Of a stretch of DNA of 64,000 bases, positions 13,693 to 26,038 are shown one piece after another (the stretch's first letter is position 1; every line of letters starts with the position of its first letter). The stretch comes from Chiloscyllium plagiosum. Its lineage: Eukaryota. The notes below the pieces were generated by a model, which saw only the letters and a program-made list of their open reading frames with translations, was not told the origin of the DNA and made no database searches. The position numbers were made by a program, and so were the translations under genes. Where the stretch lies: positions 95,074,003 to 95,138,002 of the forward strand of contig NC_057718.1 in NCBI RefSeq assembly GCF_004010195.1, given 5' to 3'.

Positions 13693-14990
13693 ACACACGT
13701 CACAAATATAGTCACCCCAAATGCAAGCTCAAAGAGACAGCATTAAAAGAGATTCCTAGATATTACCTGGCCGACCGATATATAAAATAGTTCCAATTTT
13801 ACAAATCTACAACAAAACCATCCATGTGCAACCAATAATCACGAAAAAAAGGGGAAGGTGGAAAGGGGGAGAGGGAAATAGAAAGGGGGGTAATTTGAAA
13901 AAAAACCCCAAACCAATATCTGTAATAATGCCCCCTCCCTTCCCATCCCAACTCAGATCCTTCATTTTAGAGACTTCACAAAGTCCTTCGCTTTATCAGC
14001 GGAGTCAAAGTTATATACCGCTCCCCTATGAGTGACGCGTAACATGGCCAGGTATCTCATGGAGTATTGGATGTTTAAGTTCCTTAATTCTTTTTTAACA
14101 TCATCAAATGTTCTTCTCCTCATGACCAGGGCTCCTGAAAGATCTTGAAAAAGCATTATCATTGAACCTTTACACATTAAGCCTTGTGAGTTCCTGCCCA
14201 ATCTTCTTGCTGCTTCCACTATTAGCTGTTTTTCTATATAATACAGGAGCTTCACTAGAACCACACGAGGGTGCTGTTCCAGCCTGGACCAGCATGTTGT
14301 GATCGGGTGGGCCTGCTCCGTGCTAACCAGGCCTGACTCCAACTCTAACTGCAAGAAATTTGGGAGCCATCCCTACAGGAAGCTGGCGATGTCTTCGCCT
14401 TCTTCGCGTTCTGGGAGACCCATGATCTGTAAGTATTTCCTTCTATTTTTATTTTCTAGATCATCGATTTGATCCTGAAAGTCCTGAACCTGGTCTTCCA
14501 GTGTTTGGGTCCTTCCCCCCGAGACCTCGGCCAGGGTCTCCGATGCCGTGATTCTTTCATCCACTGCCTCCAGTCTTCGTTCCAGAGCTGGATTTCCTGT
14601 TCATGATTTTTTAACATGGCAGACAGTGGCTCCACCGCTGCATGAATCCACTCTCGGGAGTTTAGCAAACTCCAAGAGTAAGTGCTGCTAGATCCGGAGG
14701 GGCCGTCACGGGAGGCTGAGTACTGGCTGCAGGCATCCCGGATGCAGTAGAGGAGTGCCCTGTCTGCTGTCCTCCTTTAGGGCCCTTTTCCTTTACCGGT
14801 CTTAATCCTGGCCTGAAGGTGTCTCAGGTGACTTCAGCAGCTCAAAACAATCAGCAAGTTTAAATTAATACTTTTTTCTCCTTGGGGTATTTGAAAAGGG
14901 GGGAGAGCGGGTTAAAGGTCCACCTTACCCAGGAGTATAGCAGGGAGCCCAGCACAACAGACCACTCAGACTGCCACCATCTTGGATCCC
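9163..14990 (-). mobile_element. Near-full-length, decayed L1 LINE (fish-type)
   Basis: ORF1 remnants at about 14800-13962 (DLENKNRRKYLQIMGLPE, FQDLS). ORF2 at about 13335-9534 includes EN (WCTWNMKG, IDMFF, VSDHAPV), RT (QGCPLSPLLF, LYADDVLLFL) and the C-terminal CPKC region. AATAAA and an A tail lie at about 9163-9186. Possible TSD CAGTACT (9156-9162) / CAATACT (14991-14997). Many frameshifts. Confidence 0.95.
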
Positions 14991-15630
14991 CAATACTATA
15001 TTTTTGAGCAAACGTTGGTCCGTCTCCTTTGGTTTTTCTCCTTTGGTCCCTCTTCACTAATGACAGGAGTGTTTTCCAGAGCTGACAGTCCTGTTTCATC
15101 ACAGATTTCACAATGGGTTATAAGATCTTCTACCTATTTTGAGATGCTTGGCAGCCAAACCATTTACTGAGCCCTGGCATGCCTAAATGTGTTTGGTACA
15201 TCTTTCCAATACGTCTTCCTCCTGGAACAAGTGGGGCTCCTTCAGCCTTCTTAAGAACCAATGAAAATGAATGACATCTTAATATTTTGGAACATGATCT
15301 GATCAAGGACTTGAGATTAAATAACCACATGAATAAATGCAAATGATATGCTTCTCTGTCATAAATGTCTGATTAAACATGCACTGAACTGAGGTAAGTT
15401 CAAGCACTGGCTTCCATAATAAATGATATTTACACACTCCTTTTGACCATCAATGTAATGCAAGGTGAAGCAAGCATGATTTGTCATATACAAATGATTT
15501 TATTTATTATTAATTTTATTGCCACACAGCCATTAGGTATGATTTAACCCCACAACCAGTCGGGCTCATGTAAAGGCTGGATTAATAGCTCAGGGAATGT
15601 GAGCTTGAGAATCTGAATTTGGTTTTATTT

Positions 15631-15952
15631 TTTTTTAAATTAACCCCCACACTACCACCTAAGTGCAGTGGTGCTTATTATTTTTTTTCCCCAGCACCCA
15701 TGGTGTGTGTGTGCAGGTGTGAGACACAGTGAAAGACACAAAGTGCACAAATCTTTGTTCAAATTCCACCACCAGGAAGATAGAAAAACACCCGGGTGGC
15801 CAGTGACAAACACTGCCCTTCACATCAAAGGGCAGTGCTGTGTGATCAAAACAGTGAAGGGGAGGGTAGGGACTAAATCAAAATAGAGTTGGAGGGAGAA
15901 ATGATGCACTCCACTCCCTGCGGCGCCCACCTCTCCCTGAACAACTCCAGGG
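15631..15952 (-). mobile_element. 5'-truncated Tx1-clade LINE (ORF2 C-terminus plus 3' UTR)
   Basis: Minus strand encodes LELFRERWAPQGVECIISPSNSILI*. A tail present. 18-bp TSD CTGAATTTGGTTTTATTT (15613-15630) / CTGAATGTGGTTTTATTT (15953-15970). Confidence 0.8.
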
Positions 15953-16095
15953 CTGAATGTGGTTTTATTTCGAAATCACATAATTTAAACCATTGGTATC
16001 AATAAAAACGAACATGCGGCTGTAGGATTCTTGCAAACAGGTTCAATATATGCAACTGATTTAGGGACAGGAGCTGTCCTATCCAGTTTGACCTA

Positions 16096-16318
16096 CAATC
16101 AGTTCTTCTATAATGCAATGGTTGGGTTCTTGTGCAAAAACCACGTTAAAGAAAAATTGTGCTTTAGAAACAGCGCTTAAAGTGTTGGCGATATAATTGC
16201 GTTACAGCCAACATACGTTTGAAAAGCTCGCGCTTTAGAAACAGAAATCCAAAATTCGTCAATCGAGTTACAGCGAATTCGTGTTGGAACAAAATGCGCC
16301 TTAGAGCAGAACGACCCG
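16096..16318. mobile_element. Tc1/mariner (Tigger-like) MITE
   Basis: TA flanks on both sides. Imperfect TIRs CAATCAGTTCTTCTATAA / TTAGAGCAGAACGACCCG. Confidence 0.65.
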
Positions 16319-16457
16319 TATCTGTGATGCTAGGCCCACACCAATGTGGTCACATCGTGATGTGACCTGACAATGAAGAGCTTGGTTAAATCAACTGGAG
16401 GTGCACAGTAAATGCCAGAGACGCCCATTTCCTGAGAGCGAATTATTAACAGGCTAA

Positions 16458-16623
16458 GGTCAAGTGTGTGCTGCTGGAAAAGCACAGCAGGTAGGCAGCA
16501 TCCGAGGAGCAGGAAAATTGACATTCCGGGCAAAAGCCCTTCATCAGGATTCCTGATCTGCTGTGCTTTATCAGCACCACACTCTTGACTCCAATGTCCA
16601 GCATCTGCAGTACTCACTTTCAT
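16458..16623. mobile_element. Penelope-like pseudo-LTR inverted insertion with a degenerate hammerhead (minus)
   Basis: TSD TTATTAACAGGCTAA (16443-16457) / TTATTAACAGGTTAA (16624-16638). Minus reads CTGATGAAGGGCTTTTGCCCGGAATGTC. Confidence 0.75.
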
Positions 16624-17634
16624 TTATTAACAGGTTAATCCTGTTCTATGCCTTTGAATAAGAGTACATTCTCAAGAGGAAATAGACAGTTCTACATGTC
16701 ATTTTAGCCAACCATTGCTCCAAGTTTGCATTGCTCAAACATCGTCACATTCGGCAATGAAGGGGTGTGGGACAAAGTGTTAGAGTGGAAGACACAGAAG
16801 AGATAATCATAATTTCAATAAGGTCAATAAGAATTTGAATCATCCCCTGGGTTAAGTTTTGAATCCATTTGCAAATTGTAAATGACATTTTATGTTAAAA
16901 TTCACTTCCACCTGCCAACCTGCAGGAAGTGGTTGTCCAATATTTTGAAGGAGAAAGTATTTAGGTATGAAATATTAATTAAGTTCCTCAGAACTGAAGT
17001 CAAAGCAGAATATTGACTGTTTTAAGGTTCATATTGCTGATGTGAATGTGAGAGACACTGATCCCCAGAGCGATAATGGATGCCAAAATTTTTTGATCCT
17101 TTTCAGTATCATACCTACTTCCCCAAAAGTATGATAAACAGCTTGTGTCACCCTGAGTTCAACCTTGACAATGTAAGCCTAGATTGTGCAAGTATTTATC
17201 AACATGTGCACACACAGATAACACAAACAGGTAACACCTTCTGCTATATGACTGCATTGATTCATCTAGGCTTGACCCTGAAATGAAATCAATGCTTATT
17301 ATCGTGTCTGAAAATGCCACGTCGTAGCTGTTTATCTGGAATCAGGCATCATGTGTGGTCAGAGGGCGGCAGGCAAGAACATTAAGGCGGAGTACATGAA
17401 CATGTACAACCAACAATATTCAGGTTCCAAGCCCTCCTGGACTGCATTAAAAACAGGGCAAACCTGTCACATGTGATGCCCGGTCTCTGAATTATCACTT
17501 AATCATCTGGATAGAGATGGCATTGGGACAGACTGAAAGCCCATCCAGATCCAGCAAGCTCTTCAACGGCAGAGTAAACAAGAGTAGGCCCTTTTCCCGA
17601 TGATCCACCAGAACAGTTCACTTTCTTAAAGCAA

Positions 17635-18090
17635 CCATAAGCCCACAAGACATAGGAGCAGAAATTAGGCCAATCAGCCCATCAAGTCTGCTCCACCATT
17701 CAGTCATGGCTGATAGGTTTCTCAACCCCATTCTCTCACTTTTTCCCAGTAACCCTTGATTCTCTTGATTCATCAAGAACCTATCTATCTCAGTCTTAAA
17801 TATACTCACTGACCTGGCCTCCACAGCCTTCTGTGGAATTGAATTCCTTAGGTTCCCCACTCTCTGGCTGAAGAAGTTTCTCCTTATCTCCATGCTAAAA
17901 GGTCTTCCCTTTACTCCAAGGCTGTGCCCTTAGGTCCTAGTCTCTCATGCCAATGGAAACATCTTCCCAACATCCACTCTGTCCAAACCGTTCAGTATTC
18001 TGAATGTTTCAATTAGATTTCCCACATCCTTCTAAACTCCATCGAGTGTAGACCCAGAGTCCCCAAGCATTCCCCATATGTTACCAATGC
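17635..18090 (-). mobile_element. CR1 LINE 3' fragment
   Basis: RRNFFSQRVGNLRNS motif and a CR1 tail. Confidence 0.88.
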
Positions 18091-18914
18091 CTCGTATCGC
18101 TCTCTGATCCAAGAGGACTCTACTTGGGATGTTTACCGTCATGTCTAACTATGGTTGAGTTTCCCATACACAGCTCTCCAATGCCAATCTTGTATCATCT
18201 CATCTCTTACTTCACCTCACCTCTGCCATTTGATTGACATTCCCTGACTGCTATCATTATGTCCTCAACCTGTCTGTATCTTGCTACTTTGCCAATCATT
18301 GGCTGGATAATCTATGAAGTGATTCTTGTTGGATATTCAGAAAACTATCAACATTTATCACTAGGCATTCTTGTTTCATCTGGAACAAAGACAGGTCATC
18401 AGCGAGGCAGTCCCCCCGCCCTCAAACCCCTCACCTACTTTGGTCCATTGGGCTTATGGATAATGACTGAGCTCACCTCAATAAATACCTCCTCCTGATT
18501 GAGAGTGCAAACTGTTAAAGGGTCCCAGAATCTGCTGGTGCTCTGACTCCATGAGAAACAGTCAAAGTAAATGGGCAGAATGGCATTAGACAAAGCTTTA
18601 AATGGTTAGTGGCAGAAGTCTGAATGGGATTAGCTCACTAGCCCTGAGCTGAGCAAACTGTTGGTCCATGAGCTGCCTCCTCCAGCTCAAATTCAGGAAA
18701 CCTGGTGTTGTGTTGCCGCCATCTTCTAACCTAACCTGATGAGGTCAACAGTGAACCAATTGCAAGAGAGTGCAGGGAACTCGAGGGAAGTCGTTCAGTG
18801 GTTTCCACCCAAGTTCCTTCATAAAAGAATAAAGAGCTATTCATGCACAGAAGACATGGGCATCTTCATCACTATGAGGGAAACCTCGCTGTGCCGTGGT
18901 AGCATCCCCACAAT

Positions 18915-19055
18915 AAAAGCAAAGAACCACAGATGCTGGAATCCTGAAACAAAAACACAAAGTGTTGGAAAAACACAGTAGGTCTGGTAGCATCTGTAAA
19001 GAGAGAAAAACAGAGTCACTGTTTCAAGTCCACTGACCATTTGTCTGAACTGAAA
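18915..19055. mobile_element. Penelope-like pseudo-LTR fragment
   Basis: AGATGCTGGAATCCTGAAACAAAAACACAAAGTGTTGGAAAAACACAGTAGGTCTGGTAGCATCTG. Confidence 0.6.
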
Positions 19056-19210
19056 ATCATAGAATCCTTACAGTGCAAGTATTTTTTTGTGGGATGTAGG
19101 CATCATTGGTTGGGTCAATATTTATTGCCTGTCCTTAATTGCCCTTGAGAAGGTGGGGATGAGCTGCCTTCTTGGACCACTGCAGTCCACCTGCTGTGAG
19201 TTGACCCACA

Positions 19211-19710
19211 NNNNNNNNNNNNNNNNNNNNNNNNNNNNNNNNNNNNNNNNNNNNNNNNNNNNNNNNNNNNNNNNNNNNNNNNNNNNNNNNNNNNNNNNNN
19301 NNNNNNNNNNNNNNNNNNNNNNNNNNNNNNNNNNNNNNNNNNNNNNNNNNNNNNNNNNNNNNNNNNNNNNNNNNNNNNNNNNNNNNNNNNNNNNNNNNNN
19401 NNNNNNNNNNNNNNNNNNNNNNNNNNNNNNNNNNNNNNNNNNNNNNNNNNNNNNNNNNNNNNNNNNNNNNNNNNNNNNNNNNNNNNNNNNNNNNNNNNNN
19501 NNNNNNNNNNNNNNNNNNNNNNNNNNNNNNNNNNNNNNNNNNNNNNNNNNNNNNNNNNNNNNNNNNNNNNNNNNNNNNNNNNNNNNNNNNNNNNNNNNNN
19601 NNNNNNNNNNNNNNNNNNNNNNNNNNNNNNNNNNNNNNNNNNNNNNNNNNNNNNNNNNNNNNNNNNNNNNNNNNNNNNNNNNNNNNNNNNNNNNNNNNNN
19701 NNNNNNNNNN
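19211..19710. other. Assembly gap (500 N)
   Basis: Run of n in the sequence. Confidence 1.
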
Positions 19711-21262
19711 ATCAGGTGTACCCGAGAACTCTGTGGGAAGCTACAGAAGTGATTGCTGGGCCTCTTGCTGAGATATTTGTATCATCAATAGTCACAGGTG
19801 AGGTGCCGGAAGACTGGAGATTGGCAAATGTGGTGCCACTGTTTAAGAAGGGTGGTAAAGATAAGCCAGGGAACTATAGACCGGTGAGCCTGACGTCGGT
19901 GGTGGGCAAGTTGTTGGAGGGAATAATGAGGGACAGGATGTACATGTATTTGGAAAGGCAAGGACTGATTAGGGATAGTCAACATGGTTTTGTGCATGGG
20001 AAATCATGTCTCATGATTGTATTTTTTGAAGAAGTAACAAAGAAGATTGTTGAGGGCAGAGCAGGTGATGTGATCTATATGGACTTCAGTAAGGCATTTG
20101 ACAAGGGTCCCCATGGGAGACTGATTTGCAAGGAATTTCTCATGAAATACAGGGATAACTAGCCATTTGGATACAGAACTGGCTCAAATGTAGAAGACAG
20201 AGGGTGGTGGTGGAGGGTTGTTTTTCAGACTGGAAGCCTGTGACCAGTGGAGTGCCATGAGGATCGGTGCTGGGTCCTCTACTTTTTGTCATTTACATAA
20301 ATGATTTGGATGCGAGCATAAGAGGTACAGTTAGTAAGTTTGCAGATGACAGCAAAATTGGAGATGTAGTGGACAGCGAAGATGGTTACCTCAGATTACA
20401 ACAGGATCTGGACCAGATGGGCCAATGGGCTGAGAAGTGGCAGATGGAGTTTAATTCAGATAAATGCGAGGTGCTGCATTTTGGGAAAGCAAAACTTAGT
20501 AGGACTTCTACACTTAATGGTAAAGTCCTAGGGAGTGTTCCTGAACAAAGAGACCTTGGAGTGCAGGTTCATAGCTCCTTGAAAGTGGTCTCGCAGGTAG
20601 ATAGGATAGTGAAGAAGGCATTTGGTATGCTTTCCTTTATTGGTCAGATATTGAGTACAGGAGTTGGGAGTTCATGTTGCGGCTGTACAGGACATTGCTT
20701 AGGCCACTGTTGGAATATTGCATGCAATTCTGGTCTCCTTCCTATCGGAAAGATGTTGTGAAACTTGAAAGGGTTCAGAAAAGATTTACAAGGATGTTGC
20801 CAGGGTTGGAGGATTTGAGCTATAGGGAGTGGCTGAGTGGCTGAACAGGCTGGGGCAGTTTTCCCTGGAGGGTCAGAGGCTGAGGGGTGACCTTAAAGAG
20901 GTTTACAAAATTATGAGATGCATGGATAGGATAAATATACAAAGTCTTTTGCCTAGGGTTGGGGAGTCCAGAACTAGAGGGCATAAGTTTAGGGTGAGAA
21001 GGGAAAGATATAAAGGAGACCTAAGGGGCAACTTTTTCACGCAGAGGGTGGTATGTGTATGGAATGAGTTCCAAAGGATGTGGTGGAGGCTGGTACAATT
21101 GCGACATTTGCGAGGCATTTGGATGGGTATATGAATAGGAAGGGTTCGGATGGATATGGGCCGGGTGCTGTCAGGTGGGACCAGATTGGGTAGGGATATC
21201 TGGTCAGCATGGATGGTTGGACAGAAGGGTCTGTTTCCATGCTGTACATCTCTATGACTCTG
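19711..21262 (+). mobile_element. CR1 LINE, RT domain plus 3' UTR (relatively young, frameshifted)
   Basis: PGNYRPVSLTSVVGK, QHGFVHGKSCL, YMDFSKAFDK, LGPLLFVIYINDL, SKFADDSKIG, GNFFTQRVV, and the tail CTCTATGACTCT. Confidence 0.96.
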
Positions 21263-21289
21263 TATACAAATCCACCAGGGATGGTCCAT

Positions 21290-21570
21290 ATAGTGCAGTG
21301 CTAACATTGATAATGTAATGGGGCTGATAATCCAGAGGCTTGGGTTAATGCGTCAGTGGAATGCACACAAATCCCACTGTAACATTGGGGTAAATTTAAC
21401 CTCAAGTTATTAATAAATGCATAATTAAAACATTAGTCTCATCAATAGTGATCATGATCATAAAGAAAACCCTTCAGGGAAGAATTCTTACATCCATACC
21501 AAGTCTGGCCTATATGTGACTCCAGACCCACAGCAAAGCGATTGCCTTCTAAATGCTCTCTGAAGTGGTT
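21290..21570 (+). mobile_element. Degenerate SINE (same family as 58850-59172)
   Basis: GTCTGGCCTATATGTGACTCCAGACCCACAGCAA core and TAATCCAGAGG head. Confidence 0.6.
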
Positions 21571-22254
21571 GAGCAACCAGCACAGTCGTGTGAAACTGTG
21601 TCAGAAAGGTTGACAAGAGGCAGCCAGGGACTGAACACCAAATGCCAGCCTTTCTAGCATAGCCCAAGTAGCAAGTTTTTAAAAAATTGTGTCCCACCTT
21701 CAAGACAGATGGAGAAGCTGGAAATGTTCAAACATTGTTTTGATTTTATTTGGTAAATGAGAGCAGCAAATGATGGGAAGAGCACAGCTGTAAAGCATGA
21801 ATTATTGATCTTTGCCTGTAAAATAAGAACACAATATCCTGTGGCAACGCACCTAGTAACAATAGTGTTCCACCCGAGCAGGTAATGACTCAATAACCTT
21901 CAGGCTGCAGGCATCACAAATACCAAGAAAGTCTGATTGATAACATTGGATATCAAATTCACCAAGTCTCAGGCATAATGTAAACAATGTCTTGCTACAG
22001 GATTAACCCTGAGAGTGCTGGTACACCCATGGTATAATTTACTTCCTGCTCTAGCTGTTGATTGTCACTGAGACTTCTACTTTGTCTGTCATGACTTGTC
22101 TTGGCATCCATTCACCAAGGTAGCATTTTTGACATCAGTCAGAGAGGACTGATTCCAATAGGATTGATGTCCTTGATTCTCTCCCTTCATAAGGATTATT
22201 AGTTTCATCCTTCCGACATCTGATTGCCAGGAATTGCGGAATGTCAGACAGAGT

Positions 22255-22500
22255 TCTGCATTCTAAGTTACAAAGTTCTGGGTTCAAGTCCCGCTTTAGG
22301 ACATGAACACAAATATCTATGCTAACACTCCAGTGTGGTTACCAGGGAGTGCTACACTGTTGGGGGTACAGTCTTTTCAGATGAGACGCTAAGCTAGTTG
22401 CTGACTTTGCTTTTCGGGAGAGATGGAAGAACCATGTTATATTTTCAAAGCAGAGTGGGGGACGGAATTACCTCCAGTGTCTTTGCCAATATTTTTATTT
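22255..22500 (+). mobile_element. DeuSINE-like (SacSINE1/AmnSINE-related) SINE remnant
   Basis: GGGTTCAAGTCCC...CACTCCAGTGTGGTTACCAGGGAGTGCTACACTGTT...TTTTCAGATGAGACG resembles the Deu domain. Confidence 0.55.
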
Positions 22501-22519
22501 TTCCCAAGCAATTGAATAA

Positions 22520-22737
22520 AACAAAGAATTGTGGGTGCTGAAGATGTAAAGCAAAAACAGAAATTGCTGAAGGAATTCAACAAGTCTTGCAACATCTGTG
22601 GGGAGAAAGCAGAGTTTAAGTCCAGTGGCTCTTTATCAGAGGGTTCTGCAGAAGGGTGGCTGGATTTGAAAAACTAACTCTGCTTTCACTCCACAGATGC
22701 CACAAAATTTATTGAGTTTCTCCAGCAATTTATGTTG
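22520..22737. mobile_element. Degenerate inverted Penelope-like pseudo-LTR pair
   Basis: Inverted arms AAATTGCTG...CATCTGTGGGGAGAAAGCAGAGTT and AACTCTGCTTTCACTCCACAGATG...CAGCAATTT. Confidence 0.6.
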
Positions 22738-23399
22738 GCAAGGGCAAATGGTGGTGGATGGAGTCATGGGTTAGCAGGAGTTGGCGTCAAATATACGTGG
22801 TTCCTATAAGGGGCCATCAGGGTGGGATGGAGGTATAGGTTGACGTGAATTGGCATTAAGATGGCAAAGGAGCTTAAAGGGACTATGCAGGTGACTTAGG
22901 ACATGAGTTAGCATGGAAGTTGTATGGTCCATGTGGTGGATATGACATGGAGAGTAGGTAGAGGTTAATGGTCTTAAAATGTGTGGGCTAAAGGACTACT
23001 ATTTAACAAGGAACTGTGATAAAGTTCTAGAGAACTGAGATGGGCCCCTTTAACAACCCAACTTGGCACGAGAGCCCCTGTAGCCAAGAGCTATTTTATA
23101 CAATGCAGGATTAGTACTTGGAATGATCAGGTAACGAATGCCAATTCAATAGTGCCTTTCAAAAGGAAAGTGGTGAAACAATTGAATGAGAAAAAGACTG
23201 CAGGGATATGGGAAAAGAGCAGGAGAGCTGGAATAACTGAATGGCGCTTCAAAAGGAGCCAGCACTATTTTCAAAGAGAGTTATCCATAGTGTTCTGGAT
23301 CTTTCCATCAATATTACCAAAACAAAACTCTAAAGGGAAAGGTAAATCACGTATGATTAATGAAAGAAGTGTAAGACTGCATTACAGCAAAGGAAGTTG

Positions 23400-25725
23400 A
23401 TTTTAAGGATACCATAAAAAACCTGAAGCTAGTGAGAAATTTAGAATCATACAAAGAAGGATCACAAAACTAATTAAGAAAGTGAAAAGAGAATATTAAT
23501 GCAAACTAGTGAGTAACATAAAAGTGGACTGTAAAAGCTTCTTATGGTGTTGGAGGTATGGATAATTGTCACATGGGTAGGGCGCAGTGAGTGGGGATAA
23601 GGGGCTTTTTTTCGGGTTGGTGACCTGTGATCAGTGAGGTTCCACAGAGATCAGTGCGAGCACCACAACTGTTTATAATATGTATTACTGACTTGGAAGT
23701 AGGGAGTGAATGTATTGGAGCCAGATTTGCAGATGACGCAAAAATAGGTAGAAAGGCAAGTTGTGAGGGATGCATAGAAGTTACAGAGAGATATCTATAG
23801 ATTAAGTAAGTGAGCATCAAGTTGGCAAATGGGGTATAATGTGGGAAAATCTGAAGTTTGAAAGGGAGAACCAATGAACAGAATATTATTTAAATGGAGA
23901 AAAACTTCAGAAAGCTGCAACACAAAAGGACGTGGAGGCTCTTGTGCATGAAACACAGAAAGATAGACAGTTGGAGTAGGCAATCAGGAGACGAATGGAG
24001 TGTCAGCCCTTATTTCAAGGAGGTTGCAGTATAAGAGTAGGCAAGTCTTACTGCAACTGTACAAGGTGCTGCTGAGACCACAGTTGGAGTATTCTAAGCA
24101 ATTTTAGTCTCCTTATTTAAGGAACATTATCATTTCACTGGAGGCAGTTCAGAGAAGTTTCACTCAGATGGACCCTGGTATGGAGGGATTGTGTTATGAG
24201 TAAAGATTAAAGAGATTGGGACACTACTCATTGGAATTTAGAAAAGTGAGAGTTGCTCTCATTGAAACATACAGGACCCTTAAGGGGCTTAGCAGGGTAA
24301 GTGCTGAGGGGATGTTTCCCTTCATGGGAGAGTCTAGGTTAAGAGGGCATAGTTTCACAATTAAAAATTACCTCTTCAGGATTAAGAGGTACCAATTTAA
24401 GACTGATATGAAGAGGAATTTCTCAGAGGGTTGTGAGTCTTTGGAAAGCCTTCCATTTAACAGCTGTGGGGGCAGAATCCGAGTATACATTTAAGGCTGA
24501 GTAGGATAGTAGGAAAATTCAGAGAAGTAGAAGTGAGGAATGTTGGATCAGCCATGATGTAATTGAATGAATGAATGAATAGTCTATGCCTATTCCTATT
24601 TCTTATGTTCTTTATGGTTTATGTAGGCGAAAAGAAAATGTATAGGTCAGGCAAATGCAGGGAACAGGAAATGGCAGAGAAACTGACAAATAATTTTGCA
24701 TCTTTCTTCACAGAAGATGTAAAGAATTTCCCAAAAATACTAGGCAATCTAGTATATGGGCAGAATGGTGGCTCAGTGGTTAGCACTGCTGCCTCACGGC
24801 ACCAGGGACCCAGGTTCTATTCCAGCCTCAGGCGACTGTCTGTTTGGAGTCTGGACCTTCTCCCCGTGTCTGCGTGGGTTCCCTCCAGGTGCTCTGGTTT
24901 CCTCCCACTGTCCAAAGATATACAGGTCAGGTGAATTGCCCATAGTGTTAGGTGCATTTGCCAGGGGTAAATATAGGGGAATGGGGCTGGGTGGCTTACT
25001 CTTCGGAGGTCGGTGTGGCCTTGTTGGGTCGAAGGGCCTGTTTCCATGTTGTAGGTAATTTAAGCTACCTAGGTGTAAAACTGAGGACCTAGGAGAAATT
25101 AGCATTACTAAAGAAGTAACACAGTAAAGTTGACTGGATTGAAAGTTGTTGAACCCCCTTGTTTAGATGAGCTTTATCTCAAAGTGTCGAAGGAAATTGC
25201 TAGGAAAGATAGTGAATGTATTGGGACTTATCTTTCAGAAATCTTTAGAGGGAGTGCGATGGATGTTAAACAGATTAATCCCTGAGACGGTGTGCTTGTC
25301 TTCTGAGGAGACATTGAAAACTTTGACTTGTATTCTCTAGGGTTTCAAAGAATGAGAGGTAACCACAGTGAAAGTTACATAAATGCTGACCGGAGTGACC
25401 ATAGTGTTATCTCTAGCTTGTGAATCTAGAACTAGGGGATACAGTCACAGAATAAGGGGTAGGCTATTTAAGGCTGAAATAAGGAGGAATTTGGTTATTC
25501 AGAGGGTGTTGAATCTTTGGAATTCTCTATGCAGGAAGGCTGTGAAAGCTCAATTGTTGAGCATGTTCAAGACAAAAATTGAATTTGGAGACAGCGTAGG
25601 CAAGTGGTATTTGATCAGCCGCACTCTAATTGAATGGCTCACGGAGTTGAATGGCCTATTCCTTCTCTCACGGTCATAGACTGGATCGGCTGAATGGCCT
25701 CTGTGCGACGTCATCTTATGATTTA
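23400..25725 (+). mobile_element. Cluster of old CR1 fragments, interrupted by a SINE at 24758-25056
   Basis: Decayed RT motifs (RFADDAKIG, YSLEFRK, RRNLVIQRVLNLWNSL) and CR1 tails near 24610 and 25720. Confidence 0.8.
24758..25056 (+). mobile_element. HE1-like V-SINE
   Basis: GGTGGCTCAGTGGTTAGCACTGCTGCCTCAC head and GAAGGGCCTGTTTCC tail. Confidence 0.85.
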
Positions 25726-25726
25726 C

Positions 25727-26038
25727 TTAGATTAGATTACTTACAGTGTGGGAACAGGCCCTCCGGCCCAACAAGTCCACACCGACCCGCTGAAGCGCAA
25801 CCCACCCAGACCCATTCCCCTATATTTACTCCTTCACCTAACACTATGGGCAATTTAGCATGGCCAATCTACCTAACCTGCAAATCTTTGGACTGTGGGA
25901 GGAAACCGGAGCACCCAGAGGAAAGCCACGCAGACACAGGGAGAATGTGCAAACTCCACACAGTCAGTCGCGGGAATTGAACCCAGATCTCTGGCGCTGT
26001 GAGGCAACAGTGCTAACCACTGTGCCACCATGCCGTCA
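25727..26038 (-). mobile_element. HE1-like V-SINE
   Basis: Reverse complement of the same consensus, with a (TCTAA)n tail. Confidence 0.85.

Noticed and set aside
17290..18730. Ancient L1 ORF1 and 5' end
   Set aside because: Only a terminal AAGATGGCGGC motif and faint peptide resemblance; too degraded to call as a feature.
19087..19752. 221-aa ORF
   Set aside because: Artefact of translating the N gap.
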